Source: a virus
Length of the DNA stretch: 64,000 bases
Strand: one strand, 5' to 3'
Virus record (IMG/VR): IMGVR_UViG_3300020156_000022
Location: 32,001-96,000 of that record
Below the pieces are notes generated by a model. It had not been told where the DNA came from. It worked only from the letters and a program-made list of their open reading frames with translations, and searched no databases. Both the position numbers and the translations under genes were made by a program. This document shows, in pieces, positions 15,767-23,076 of this stretch. Each line of letters begins with the position of its first letter. The first letter of the stretch is position 1.

Positions 15767-16114
15767 AAGCTACGTTTGAATTTATACCATCCAAACTGTT
15801 TTGCCGTTCTTCTTTTATGGCAGTTAGCACATCGTACCACACACTTCTCAATTTCTGCAAGTACTCGATCCCATTTAATTCCGTTTCTTACAGATTTACC
15901 TATATCAAAACTTTTTTCTTCTGGAATTAGAAGGCTAGAACCGACTAAGGAAACTAGCCTTGATTGGCTTGCTGATAAAGCTTTACTAGCTGAACCTTCA
16001 TTATGGGGTACTTTATCTGACAGTTTAGGGTATTGTATGAACTACCAGTTAACACAAACTAAGTCTAATGGTACATCCTTAGATTTTATGTGTGCTTGAA
16101 CCTGGCAGGATCTA

Positions 16115-16144
16115 ACTATAACTTAGGACTGCTTCCCCTGTCAA
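16115..16144 (-). promoter_or_regulatory. sigma70/HrdB-type promoter
   Basis: TTGACA-N18-TATAGT. Confidence 0.7.
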
Positions 16145-16216
16145 GCCAGGCTCGGCTGCCACTATTACTGCATATCGTTAAGCCTGTGCTAGGTCATTCG
16201 CCTACTTGCAGCATTG

Positions 16217-16246
16217 AGCTTATAGTTATCATACGTGCTTTGTCAA
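16217..16246 (-). promoter_or_regulatory. sigma70/HrdB-type promoter
   Basis: TTGACA-N18-TAAGCT. Confidence 0.6.
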
Positions 16247-16312
16247 CAGCCTTACTGTATACGCGCGCCGTTCGACGTAGTTTATTACATTGTGGAATGT
16301 GATATACTTGCG

Positions 16313-16384
16313 TGGAGAAATAGGGAGTTGAACCCTATCTTGAACTTTGCAAAAGTCCCGTGCAACCCTTAACACTTTATCCCC
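16313..16384 (-). tRNA. tRNA-Ala(TGC)
   Basis: Loop TTTGCAA; G3.U70. Confidence 0.85.
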
Positions 16385-16436
16385 ATAGTAAGCGCAAGTG
16401 CGTCCAGTTTGCCCGGTCCTCGCGCTTACATCTACT

Positions 16437-16465
16437 ACTTTACATCGTCTTGGCTAGCTTGTCAA
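16437..16465 (-). promoter_or_regulatory. sigma70/HrdB-type promoter
   Basis: TTGACA-N17-TAAAGT. Confidence 0.75.
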
Positions 16466-16632
16466 CCCTCTAGACTCATAGAATTTGCCAGAAGGATGTA
16501 GCCCTTTGCTGCTTCAGCCAATGCTTGAAGTCGATTCGCTTGAGCTTCACTCAAGTTGTAGCCCTGCGAGTCTTTTACCTTCTTCAGGCATTCCTCTGCT
16601 GACCTGAGTGCTTCATTTCGTGTCATGCACCT

Positions 16633-16661
16633 AGCCTACAGGACTCTGACAGGATCGTCAA
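16633..16661 (-). promoter_or_regulatory. sigma70/HrdB-type promoter (leaderless downstream ATG)
   Basis: TTGACG-N17-TAGGCT; ATG 6 nt later. Confidence 0.65.
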
Positions 16662-16674
16662 GGCTACGTATCTG

Positions 16675-16878
16675 TTATTTCTTAAATCTTCCTCGGCCTA
16701 TAGCTCGTTGACTAATCAAATCAAGTAACTGCTCACGAATATCCATATTACGATTAAGAATTTTACGAGTATTAGCGATAGTAGTCTGACAGTTTGCTAT
16801 GGCCGTCTCGACATCTAATAACTCTTCAGACAACTCTTTATCTGACCAATCACCGTAATCTGGTTGTTCAGTAAGCAT
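16675..16878 (-). CDS. hypothetical coiled-coil protein
   Basis: 67 aa ORF after dcd. Confidence 0.6.
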   Translation of the reverse strand: MLTEQPDYGDWSDKELSEELLDVETAIANCQTTIANTRKILNRNMDIREQLLDLISQRAIGRGRFKK

Positions 16879-16882
16879 TTAT

Positions 16883-17488
16883 CTATTCCTTTTCATTTGG
16901 GTAAACATCATAGATCTTAAAATTATCAAAGGATCGGCTTATAGTTGGCCCAGCCTGGTACTGATAGTGCGATCCAGCTGCTCTTGAACCATACAACAAA
17001 GTAGTCGGCTCTGGTAAGTGGTAGAAGCCAAGTTGACTAACTTTCATACCTGGCCATAACAACAAAGGCATAGTTCCACTATTACTTAATTCTAAGGTAA
17101 TTTGCCCTTCAAATCCTGGATCAATAAACCCCGCAGTAGCATGAATAACCAACCCTAGCCTGCCTAAAGAACTTTTACCCTCAAGCTTAGCGGCTATGTT
17201 AGCACCTAATGCAATAGTTTCAAAGGTACAACCTAGCACAAATGCTCCTGGCTCTAATACAAATGCAGAACCCTTTGGAACAAATACATCTGTAAAGTAA
17301 TCAGTTGAGTCTTCTTTAGGATCTACCAACGGCGCGTCCGCAGGGGAATCAAATTGTAACTGTACCTTAAACTCAGGAGAAAGTGTCATATCATAACTGG
17401 CAGGCTGAATTAGCTCTTCCCTGAAAGGCTGGATGATAATATTTTGGAATCTAATCTCTTCAAGAATTCCTCTATTAGATACTAGCAT
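16883..17488 (-). CDS. dcd: dCTP deaminase
   Basis: IQPASYD, EGKSSLGRLGL, HATAGFIDPGFEGQITLEL. Confidence 0.95.
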   Translation of the reverse strand: MLVSNRGILEEIRFQNIIIQPFREELIQPASYDMTLSPEFKVQLQFDSPADAPLVDPKEDSTDYFTDVFVPKGSAFVLEPGAFVLGCTFETIALGANIAAKLEGKSSLGRLGLVIHATAGFIDPGFEGQITLELSNSGTMPLLLWPGMKVSQLGFYHLPEPTTLLYGSRAAGSHYQYQAGPTISRSFDNFKIYDVYPNEKE

Positions 17489-17714
17489 GATCTTCTCTCC
17501 ATTCTAGTTTCACCTTGCCGCTTTCATGGAAAGCAAGATCAAGTATGGTATTATTATATACCTTTACCAGATCAATCTCAATCTTTTTACCTAAAGGTAC
17601 ATATTTTCTTAGCAATGCCGCTGCGACAGCCTCATAGATTCTTACTTTTTCTTCAAGCACATCAAAAGACCTGGATGCTAGGTACTCATCCAGGTCTATA
17701 AATTCATTTGACAT
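17475..17714 (-). CDS. hypothetical protein
   Basis: 79 aa ORF with AAAGG RBS. Confidence 0.6.
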   Translation of the reverse strand: MSNEFIDLDEYLASRSFDVLEEKVRIYEAVAAALLRKYVPLGKKIEIDLVKVYNNTILDLAFHESGKVKLEWREDHASI

Positions 17715-17805
17715 TACTTACCTTTCTCAAGAAAATAGGAGCCGCATCGACAAACAACTTGCGGATCTTTGCCTACAAGTTATCCTGGAGGTTGGCTCCT
17801 ATTTG

Positions 17806-18156
17806 CTAGTATGCCTTATATTCAGCATGTCCAGCACTGACCATTCGATCATTGATGCTAGGAGTTTTAGTAGGGTCTTCTCCCCAAAGCCATAACTCTC
17901 CTAAATATCGGCCATACTTTTCTTTTTTATCCTTGGTAGTCATAACATATAGATACTTAAAACTACCATCAGGATTAGTAAGTAATTTCAATAACCATGC
18001 CCTGGCATTCTTACCGGCTTGTGTGGGTAGCTCAGGAGCATTAATTCTGTTGAATCTAATATGCATGTCTTGAAGAAGATCACAACCAGCGTCTCGCCTT
18101 ATTGTGATTGTATCAGCATCATAGACAGTTAAGATTTCAGCAGGGTAATCATACAT
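17806..18156 (-). CDS. thermonuclease (SNase-like)
   Basis: VYDADTI, IRFNRINAPE, KYGRYL, INDRMVSAGHA; start moved to ATG 18156 (GGAG RBS). Confidence 0.85.
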   Translation of the reverse strand: MYDYPAEILTVYDADTITIRRDAGCDLLQDMHIRFNRINAPELPTQAGKNARAWLLKLLTNPDGSFKYLYVMTTKDKKEKYGRYLGELWLWGEDPTKTPSINDRMVSAGHAEYKAY

Positions 18157-18278
18157 ATTTATCTCCCATCGTATAAGAGATAAATCGGTAATAATTGAGG
18201 GTTGCAACTTCCAGTACAGCCGTGCAGCTTTCCCGGTTAACCAGATAGCTTTCTCACCTGTTCGTGGACCTCAATAAG

Positions 18279-18357
18279 AGCAGATAGGCGGAATCGAACC
18301 GCAGACATAAGACGCCTTTTGCAGAGGCGCGGCTATCACCAATAACCTTCTATCTGC
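18279..18357 (-). tRNA. tRNA-Cys(GCA)
   Basis: Loop CTGCAAA; U73. Confidence 0.8.
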
Positions 18358-18392
18358 ACGTAAAGAATAATATTATTCTTTACTAATAGAAT

Positions 18393-18503
18393 TTACTTTT
18401 TACCAGTACCTTTACATGCATTACAATCTATAGGAGGAAGACTATTACGTTCAAAAAACCCTCTACCTCTACATGACATACATATTTCTTTTTCTTTTTC
18501 CAT
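18393..18503 (-). CDS. DnaJ-type zinc-finger microprotein
   Basis: My translation: MEKEKEICMSCRGRGFFERNSLPPIDCNACKGTGKK (two CxxCxGxG). Confidence 0.6.
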   Translation of the reverse strand: MEKEKEICMSCRGRGFFERNSLPPIDCNACKGTGKK

Positions 18504-18504
18504 G

Positions 18505-18579
18505 AGCCACCAGAGAGAATCGAACTCTCGACCTTTTCCGTACCAAGGAAACACTCTGACCAAACTGAGCTATGGCGGC
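18505..18579 (-). tRNA. tRNA-Thr(GGT)
   Basis: Cloverleaf; loop TTGGTAC. Confidence 0.9.
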
Positions 18580-18666
18580 AAAACTAGTTTTTAGAAGCAG
18601 CCATTTCCCTTCCGGGCGGTACTGTGGAGAGACCCTTAGTTTCAAGGCTGAACTAGAAACCTTCCG

Positions 18667-18741
18667 AGCGGCCAGTGTGGCTCGAACACACTACTCTCTG
18701 CTTACGAGGCAGGGGCTTTAACCTGATTAAGCTACAGCCGC
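18667..18741 (-). tRNA. tRNA-Thr(CGT)
   Basis: Cloverleaf; loop CTCGTAA. Confidence 0.85.
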
Positions 18742-18745
18742 AATA

Positions 18746-18904
18746 TTAGTTAGACAATCTTTTTTGTTTTGTGCCGCAAGGCACATGAGTAACTACCTTA
18801 TTCTTGATTCTCCATCCACGAGTGCCTTTGCAATTGTCGCACACCCTAGGACCATTCTCATCAATGAGTCTTCCTCCGATTGTTGCATTATCTGTATTTG
18901 CCAT
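18746..18904 (-). CDS. zinc-binding microprotein
   Basis: My translation: MANTDNAT..CDNCKG..HVPCG, 52 aa; fills the gap between two tRNAs. Confidence 0.55.
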   Translation of the reverse strand: MANTDNATIGGRLIDENGPRVCDNCKGTRGWRIKNKVVTHVPCGTKQKRLSN

Positions 18905-18905
18905 G

Positions 18906-18976
18906 AGCGGAAGACGGGAATCGAACCCGCGACAAAACGTTGGAAGCGTCTTATGTTACCTCTACACCACATCCGC
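18906..18976 (-). tRNA. tRNA-Gly(TCC)
   Basis: Cloverleaf; loop CTTCCAA. Confidence 0.9.
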
Positions 18977-18978
18977 AT

Positions 18979-19061
18979 TGGTGCAACCGTACAGCCTGCG
19001 AGAATCTATTAGGCACGATTCTCATTGTCCTAGTGCCTGTAGGGACCAGCTTATCGGTTGC
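18979..19061 (-). ncRNA. ACCA-ended tRNA-like RNA with an internal pseudoknot
   Basis: GCAACCG/CGGTTGC-ACCA; TACAG/CTGTA; GAGAATC/GATTCTC hairpin whose loop GTGC can pair with upstream GCAC. Confidence 0.5.
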
Positions 19062-19145
19062 GTTGAGAAGTTTTCTAAGGCATAAGCCTCGCATCTGAGC
19101 GGCCACTCTAGCATTAGCGCCCACCTATTCTCCCAAATCTCCGCG

Positions 19146-19216
19146 AGCGGCTAACGAGAATCGAACTCGTGCTTAAACCTTGGCAAGGTTTCGTGATACC
19201 ATTTCACTATAGCCGC
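19146..19216 (-). tRNA. tRNA-Gly(GCC)
   Basis: Cloverleaf; loop TTGCCAA. Confidence 0.9.
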
Positions 19217-19225
19217 AATATTTAC

Positions 19226-19342
19226 TTATAGAAGTTTCTTGTCTATATAACCATTCTTACACTTGCCAGGACAATCTTTTATTTTGCCTGCTTTAACTAT
19301 AAAGCCCCTACCTCTACATGTCAAGCACATGACCAAGGCCAT
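19226..19342 (-). CDS. zinc-finger microprotein
   Basis: My translation: MALVMCLTCRGRGFIVKAGKIKDCPGKCKNGYIDKKLL. Confidence 0.55.
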   Translation of the reverse strand: MALVMCLTCRGRGFIVKAGKIKDCPGKCKNGYIDKKLL

Positions 19343-19498
19343 AAAAGTTAACCTCTTTTTCTAGGAGTATTCTTTACTCTTTTAATAAAGTCTTGTTGAT
19401 TTTTCTTTGAAGTAGTTGCCAACAACGCAGCCGCATCTTCAAATTTCTTTTCTCTCAGAAGAGAGGCAGCAGTAAGATTAGCTTTTTTATCTAAACTG

Positions 19499-19639
19499 CT
19501 ATGCTTTCCCATTGCGCTTAGCCTCCAAGTATTCTGCTTCTGAAAGCTTTGCTTTTGCAAGGTTTCTTATAGAAGGAGTCTTAGCTGCTTTACGTGTAGC
19601 TTTATTTAATTTTGTCCAAGGATCTTTTTTCTTAAGCAT
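19499..19639 (-). CDS. basic microprotein
   Basis: My translation: MLKKKDPWTKLNKATRKAAK..., 46 aa; ATG directly after tRNA-Asp. Confidence 0.5.
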   Translation of the reverse strand: MLKKKDPWTKLNKATRKAAKTPSIRNLAKAKLSEAEYLEAKRNGKA

Positions 19640-19640
19640 G

Positions 19641-19715
19641 CGCGACTGAAGGGATTTGAACCCTCGATCTCTTGATTGACAATCAAGTGCTTTAACCAGG
19701 CTAAGCTACAACCGC
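19641..19715 (-). tRNA. tRNA-Asp(GTC)
   Basis: Cloverleaf; loop TTGTCAA; G73. Confidence 0.9.
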
Positions 19716-19725
19716 ATAGAATTTT

Positions 19726-19841
19726 GCTGGAATCGAACCAGCGATGCAGGCTTTGCCCCGCATACCTCTCCAGAGGTGCTGTTATATAGGAATCGAACCT
19801 ACCACCATAGTGTTACCTATGTCCTCCCCAAGAGGGTCAGC
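19726..19841 (-). ncRNA. tandem pair of acceptor-less tRNA-like units
   Basis: Two repeats of [CCTC-TGG-GAGG hairpin][hairpin][GG-TTCGATT-CC T arm]. Confidence 0.45.
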
Positions 19842-19842
19842 G

Positions 19843-19915
19843 CGCTCACGACCGGATTCGAACCGGCGACTTCTTCCGTGACAGGGAAGCACTCTTACCG
19901 CTGAGTTACGCAAGC
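19843..19915 (-). tRNA. tRNA-Asp(GTC), second copy
   Basis: Cloverleaf; loop CTGTCAC; G73. Confidence 0.9.
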
Positions 19916-19971
19916 ATGGAGCTGGGAACAAGGGCCTACCGTCAAATCCCTTGATAAACGGATTCCCAACG

Positions 19972-20047
19972 CCCGAGCAACAGGATTCGAACCTGCATGT
20001 TTCCGTTAACCTTTCAACTGGTTCGTAGCCAGAGGGTATACGCCCGG
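19972..20047 (-). tRNA. D-armless tRNA-Arg(ACG)-like RNA
   Basis: CCGGGCG/TGCTCGG acceptor, CTGG-CTACGAA-CCAG, long 3' variable region, canonical T arm. Confidence 0.55.
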
Positions 20048-20106
20048 ATGATGTAAGCGAAACCTGCTCAGTAAGGATAATTTTGGTTGTCCTGCTTACA
20101 TCTACT

Positions 20107-20135
20107 ACTCTACATCAAACTTCTAATCGTGTCAA
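20107..20135 (-). promoter_or_regulatory. sigma70/HrdB-type promoter heading the tRNA cluster
   Basis: TTGACA-N17-TAGAGT. Confidence 0.75.
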
Positions 20136-20143
20136 GCCCTCAA

Positions 20144-20773
20144 TCAAGGTGCGTTTACAGCAACTATTGGAGACACATAATAAAAGGAGTTGAACACATT
20201 TAGCGATGAAGAGCTGCTAGGAGGACTGTTAGATACTCCTAGTCTAGACACTTCGTGGAAAACATTATTGGACGGTGATTTTACCACCCACGTACCTGGA
20301 GCACCAGGGGGACTAGCAAATACATAGTGCCAAGTATACACAGCAGCAACATAATCATATGTAAACCCGTCTAATAACCTTACGGGAGAATCAAACATAA
20401 CATTATTATACTGCCCAGGTACGGGAGTAAACTCTTTACTAGCCAGAAGTGAATTATCTTGCTTACGATAAAGCATTACTCGGTGGTTAACTGTAGGTAA
20501 TCCTGGATTAGGTGTGTTAGTAGGTGCGCGCCATTGAATACCTAAGCAATCTCGCTGGCCGACTCCACCAGTTAAGGCAAACTCCGCACCCATAGCATAA
20601 TACGTTGAACCATCTACACCGTCAACCCCTGTAGGTTGATAAGGCCAAGTTAATGTTTCTGTTAGAACAGGAGCACTGGCACCAAAATCATCCCAAGCTC
20701 CTTCATAACGTACTTTACCTTGGTTACTGGCATTTACCCACGCCCCAGATCGGCGACCTTTAATTACACTCAT
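20144..20773 (-). CDS. beta-sandwich (DUF4082-like) putative virion/receptor-binding protein
   Basis: MGAEF..LGIQW..VMLY..LLAS..VMFDSPV..YVAAVY pattern; translationally coupled to the fibre gene. Confidence 0.55.
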   Translation of the reverse strand: MSVIKGRRSGAWVNASNQGKVRYEGAWDDFGASAPVLTETLTWPYQPTGVDGVDGSTYYAMGAEFALTGGVGQRDCLGIQWRAPTNTPNPGLPTVNHRVMLYRKQDNSLLASKEFTPVPGQYNNVMFDSPVRLLDGFTYDYVAAVYTWHYVFASPPGAPGTWVVKSPSNNVFHEVSRLGVSNSPPSSSSSLNVFNSFYYVSPIVAVNAP

Positions 20774-22488
20774 GCGTCTGTATCAATCCAAATAGATCCG
20801 TCAGGAACAGTACCAGGATCATTTGGACCAACATATATCCTGGCAGTTGAAGCTTCTACGTATGCGGAACCATTCCATAGCATAACAACTGGTGTCATGT
20901 CTTCCACAGCAGTAACTCTGTTAGAAATTGCTGTAACAGTAGAAGTAGCTGCTTTAGCGTCTAAAGCTGTTTGAGTAGCTGTTGAAATAGGCTTATTCAA
21001 GTCTGAGGTATTGTCGACATTGCCTAAACCTACATCGCCCTTAACTAAGGTTACGGTGCCGGTTTTTCCAGCTACGCTGTCTACAGGGAAATCTAAATCA
21101 GTTATCTGAGACTGTGTATGAGTATGGCTGGTATTAGCTTTTCCATTAAGTGCGGTTTGTGTAGCAGAGGAAATAGGCTTATTAGCGTCAGAAGTATTAT
21201 CTACGTTAGCAAGACCTACATCAGCCTTTACAAGAGTAACCACACCAGTTTTGCCTGCAACACTATCGACAGGGAAATCCAAGTCAGTAATCTGTGCCTG
21301 AGTATGGGTATGCCCTGTATTGGACTTTCCATCCAAAGCGGTCTGGGTTGCGGTACTGATTGGCTTTGATAGGTCTGAAGTATTATCTACATTAGCCAAC
21401 CCTACATCTGATTTTGTCAAAACTACATCACCAGTTCTACCGGCAACACTATCTACTGGATAATCAATGGTTGGAGTATCTTCCAAATCATTATAACTAC
21501 CAGAAGTAGCTACATCTGCCAAAGATGAGATATTAGCTTTAGCATCAAGCGCAGCTTGAGTAGCAGTACTGATAGGTTTGCTTACATCAGAAGTATTGTC
21601 AACATTAGCTAATCCAACATCAGCCTTAGTTAATACAACATCACCAGTTCTGCCAGCAACGCTAGATACTTCAGATGAGCCTCCTACTGGCTTATCGAGT
21701 AAATCATTGTAACTTCCTGTAGTTGCTACAGTTGCTAAATCTGATATATTAGCCTTACTATTTAAAGCTGTTTGTGTAGCTGTGCTGACAGGCTTAGCCA
21801 GATCTGCGGTGTTGTCAACATTAGCAAGACCTACATCAGTCTTATTTAACGCTACTGCTCCTGTTTTACCCGCTACGCTAGTCACACTAGCCGTTGGAAT
21901 TGTAGGCTTGTCAGCTAGGTCATTATAGCTTCCTGTAGTGGCTACAGTTGCCAATGAGCTAGTGTTCGCCTTACCCGCTAAAGCAGTATTTACCTCAGTT
22001 TCGGTATAATACCTATCATCGTGCAGGTGATCACCAAAAGCTACTTGAGAATGAGTAGTACCTACTGGCAATCGTGCAATAGACAATACACCTGAAGTAA
22101 TATCTGAAGCTGAATGCTCATGAGGCCCAGATGGTTGCTGAGTAACAGGTGCATTAACTACAGGAACTAGCTTTGATACTGGCAAGATATGATTAGGAGT
22201 ATCGTAAGGAATGGCAACAGTCATAGTAGAGTAGTCACCAGACAACTTAAATACTAAGGTATAAGTCCAGCCAGAAGGAGTCCATTCAGGGTCATCGGTA
22301 GCTGGTAAAGCTACAGACACATATCCCTGAGAATTCAATGTTGCTTTGATCATAGAAGGTACTACTGTAGTAGTTCCGGCAGATTCAAGAACATAGCCTC
22401 TGGAATAGAATTCTAAACTTCCTGACTCAGGTGTTCCATCTGCCTTTAGAAAGGTTCCTTGCACAGTAATCATTGTAGGCATTCCCAC
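20770..22488 (-). CDS. tail-fibre-like repeat protein
   Basis: Five SVAG[KR]TG..DVGLxNVDNTxD..KP[IV]S.ATQ repeats, HxH motifs, HDDRYYTETE. Confidence 0.75.
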   Translation of the reverse strand: MGMPTMITVQGTFLKADGTPESGSLEFYSRGYVLESAGTTTVVPSMIKATLNSQGYVSVALPATDDPEWTPSGWTYTLVFKLSGDYSTMTVAIPYDTPNHILPVSKLVPVVNAPVTQQPSGPHEHSASDITSGVLSIARLPVGTTHSQVAFGDHLHDDRYYTETEVNTALAGKANTSSLATVATTGSYNDLADKPTIPTASVTSVAGKTGAVALNKTDVGLANVDNTADLAKPVSTATQTALNSKANISDLATVATTGSYNDLLDKPVGGSSEVSSVAGRTGDVVLTKADVGLANVDNTSDVSKPISTATQAALDAKANISSLADVATSGSYNDLEDTPTIDYPVDSVAGRTGDVVLTKSDVGLANVDNTSDLSKPISTATQTALDGKSNTGHTHTQAQITDLDFPVDSVAGKTGVVTLVKADVGLANVDNTSDANKPISSATQTALNGKANTSHTHTQSQITDLDFPVDSVAGKTGTVTLVKGDVGLGNVDNTSDLNKPISTATQTALDAKAATSTVTAISNRVTAVEDMTPVVMLWNGSAYVEASTARIYVGPNDPGTVPDGSIWIDTDA

Positions 22489-22512
22489 AGCAATACCTCA
22501 CTTAAAATAAAA

Positions 22513-22546
22513 ATGGTAGCCGACTAATGATATAATCGGCTACCAT
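22513..22546 (-). terminator. intrinsic terminator
   Basis: ATGGTAGCCGA..TCGGCTACCAT followed by a T tract on the minus strand. Confidence 0.7.
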
Positions 22547-22551
22547 CTTAA

Positions 22552-23037
22552 TTACTTCCTGTTGTAAAGATCAGTCCACTCGGGCACTCGTGGTGCAAAC
22601 AACAAAGGCATCCTAGCTTCGTCAGGTGTTCTATCCCTCTTTTTGTTATTACATGGAGAGCATGCAGCAACAGTATTCTTCCAGGAATTCTTACCTCCCT
22701 TAGAACGAGGAATTACGTGATCAATAGTGTTCGCCCTGCCGTTACAGAAAGCACAAACATACTTATCACGTCTCAATACGCCAGATTTAGACCATTTAGG
22801 CTGCCTTTGATACCTCCAAGTAGTAACAACATACCTTAGAAGTCTGACAGAAATAGGACGTATGAAAACACCTATTAACTCATCTGCTGCCTCATGTACT
22901 TCAGCCACACCGCGAACGATCATTCTAATCGCATGATTTAGAGATACGGTGTGAAGTACTTGAAGGTCTGCGTTTAATACTGTTACATTTCCACTCATCA
23001 CCGCACTCCTTTCAAATAAATCGCGGTGTAAAATCAT
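22552..23037 (-). CDS. HNH endonuclease
   Basis: RDKYVCAFC..TIDHVIPRSKGG..N..AC..CNNKK. Confidence 0.9.
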   Translation of the reverse strand: MILHRDLFERSAVMSGNVTVLNADLQVLHTVSLNHAIRMIVRGVAEVHEAADELIGVFIRPISVRLLRYVVTTWRYQRQPKWSKSGVLRRDKYVCAFCNGRANTIDHVIPRSKGGKNSWKNTVAACSPCNNKKRDRTPDEARMPLLFAPRVPEWTDLYNRK

Positions 23038-23043
23038 GCGCCT

Positions 23044-23072
23044 AGCTTACCACCAAGCGCATGACCTGTCAA
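23044..23072 (-). promoter_or_regulatory. sigma70/HrdB-type promoter (leaderless)
   Basis: TTGACA-N17-TAAGCT; ATG 6 nt later. Confidence 0.7.
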
Positions 23073-23076
23073 CATC

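Noticed and set aside
18194-18275. SRP RNA
   Set aside because: It lacks the CAGG..GNRA..AGCA helix-8 motif.
15081-18978. Minus-strand ORFs 15081-15272, 15645-15860 and 18793-18978 (also 32481-32714)
   Set aside because: They read through tRNA genes and are better explained as RNA.
3000-20100. Full-length tmRNA
   Set aside because: I found no tRNA-like ends enclosing a ~300 nt region with a tag ORF.
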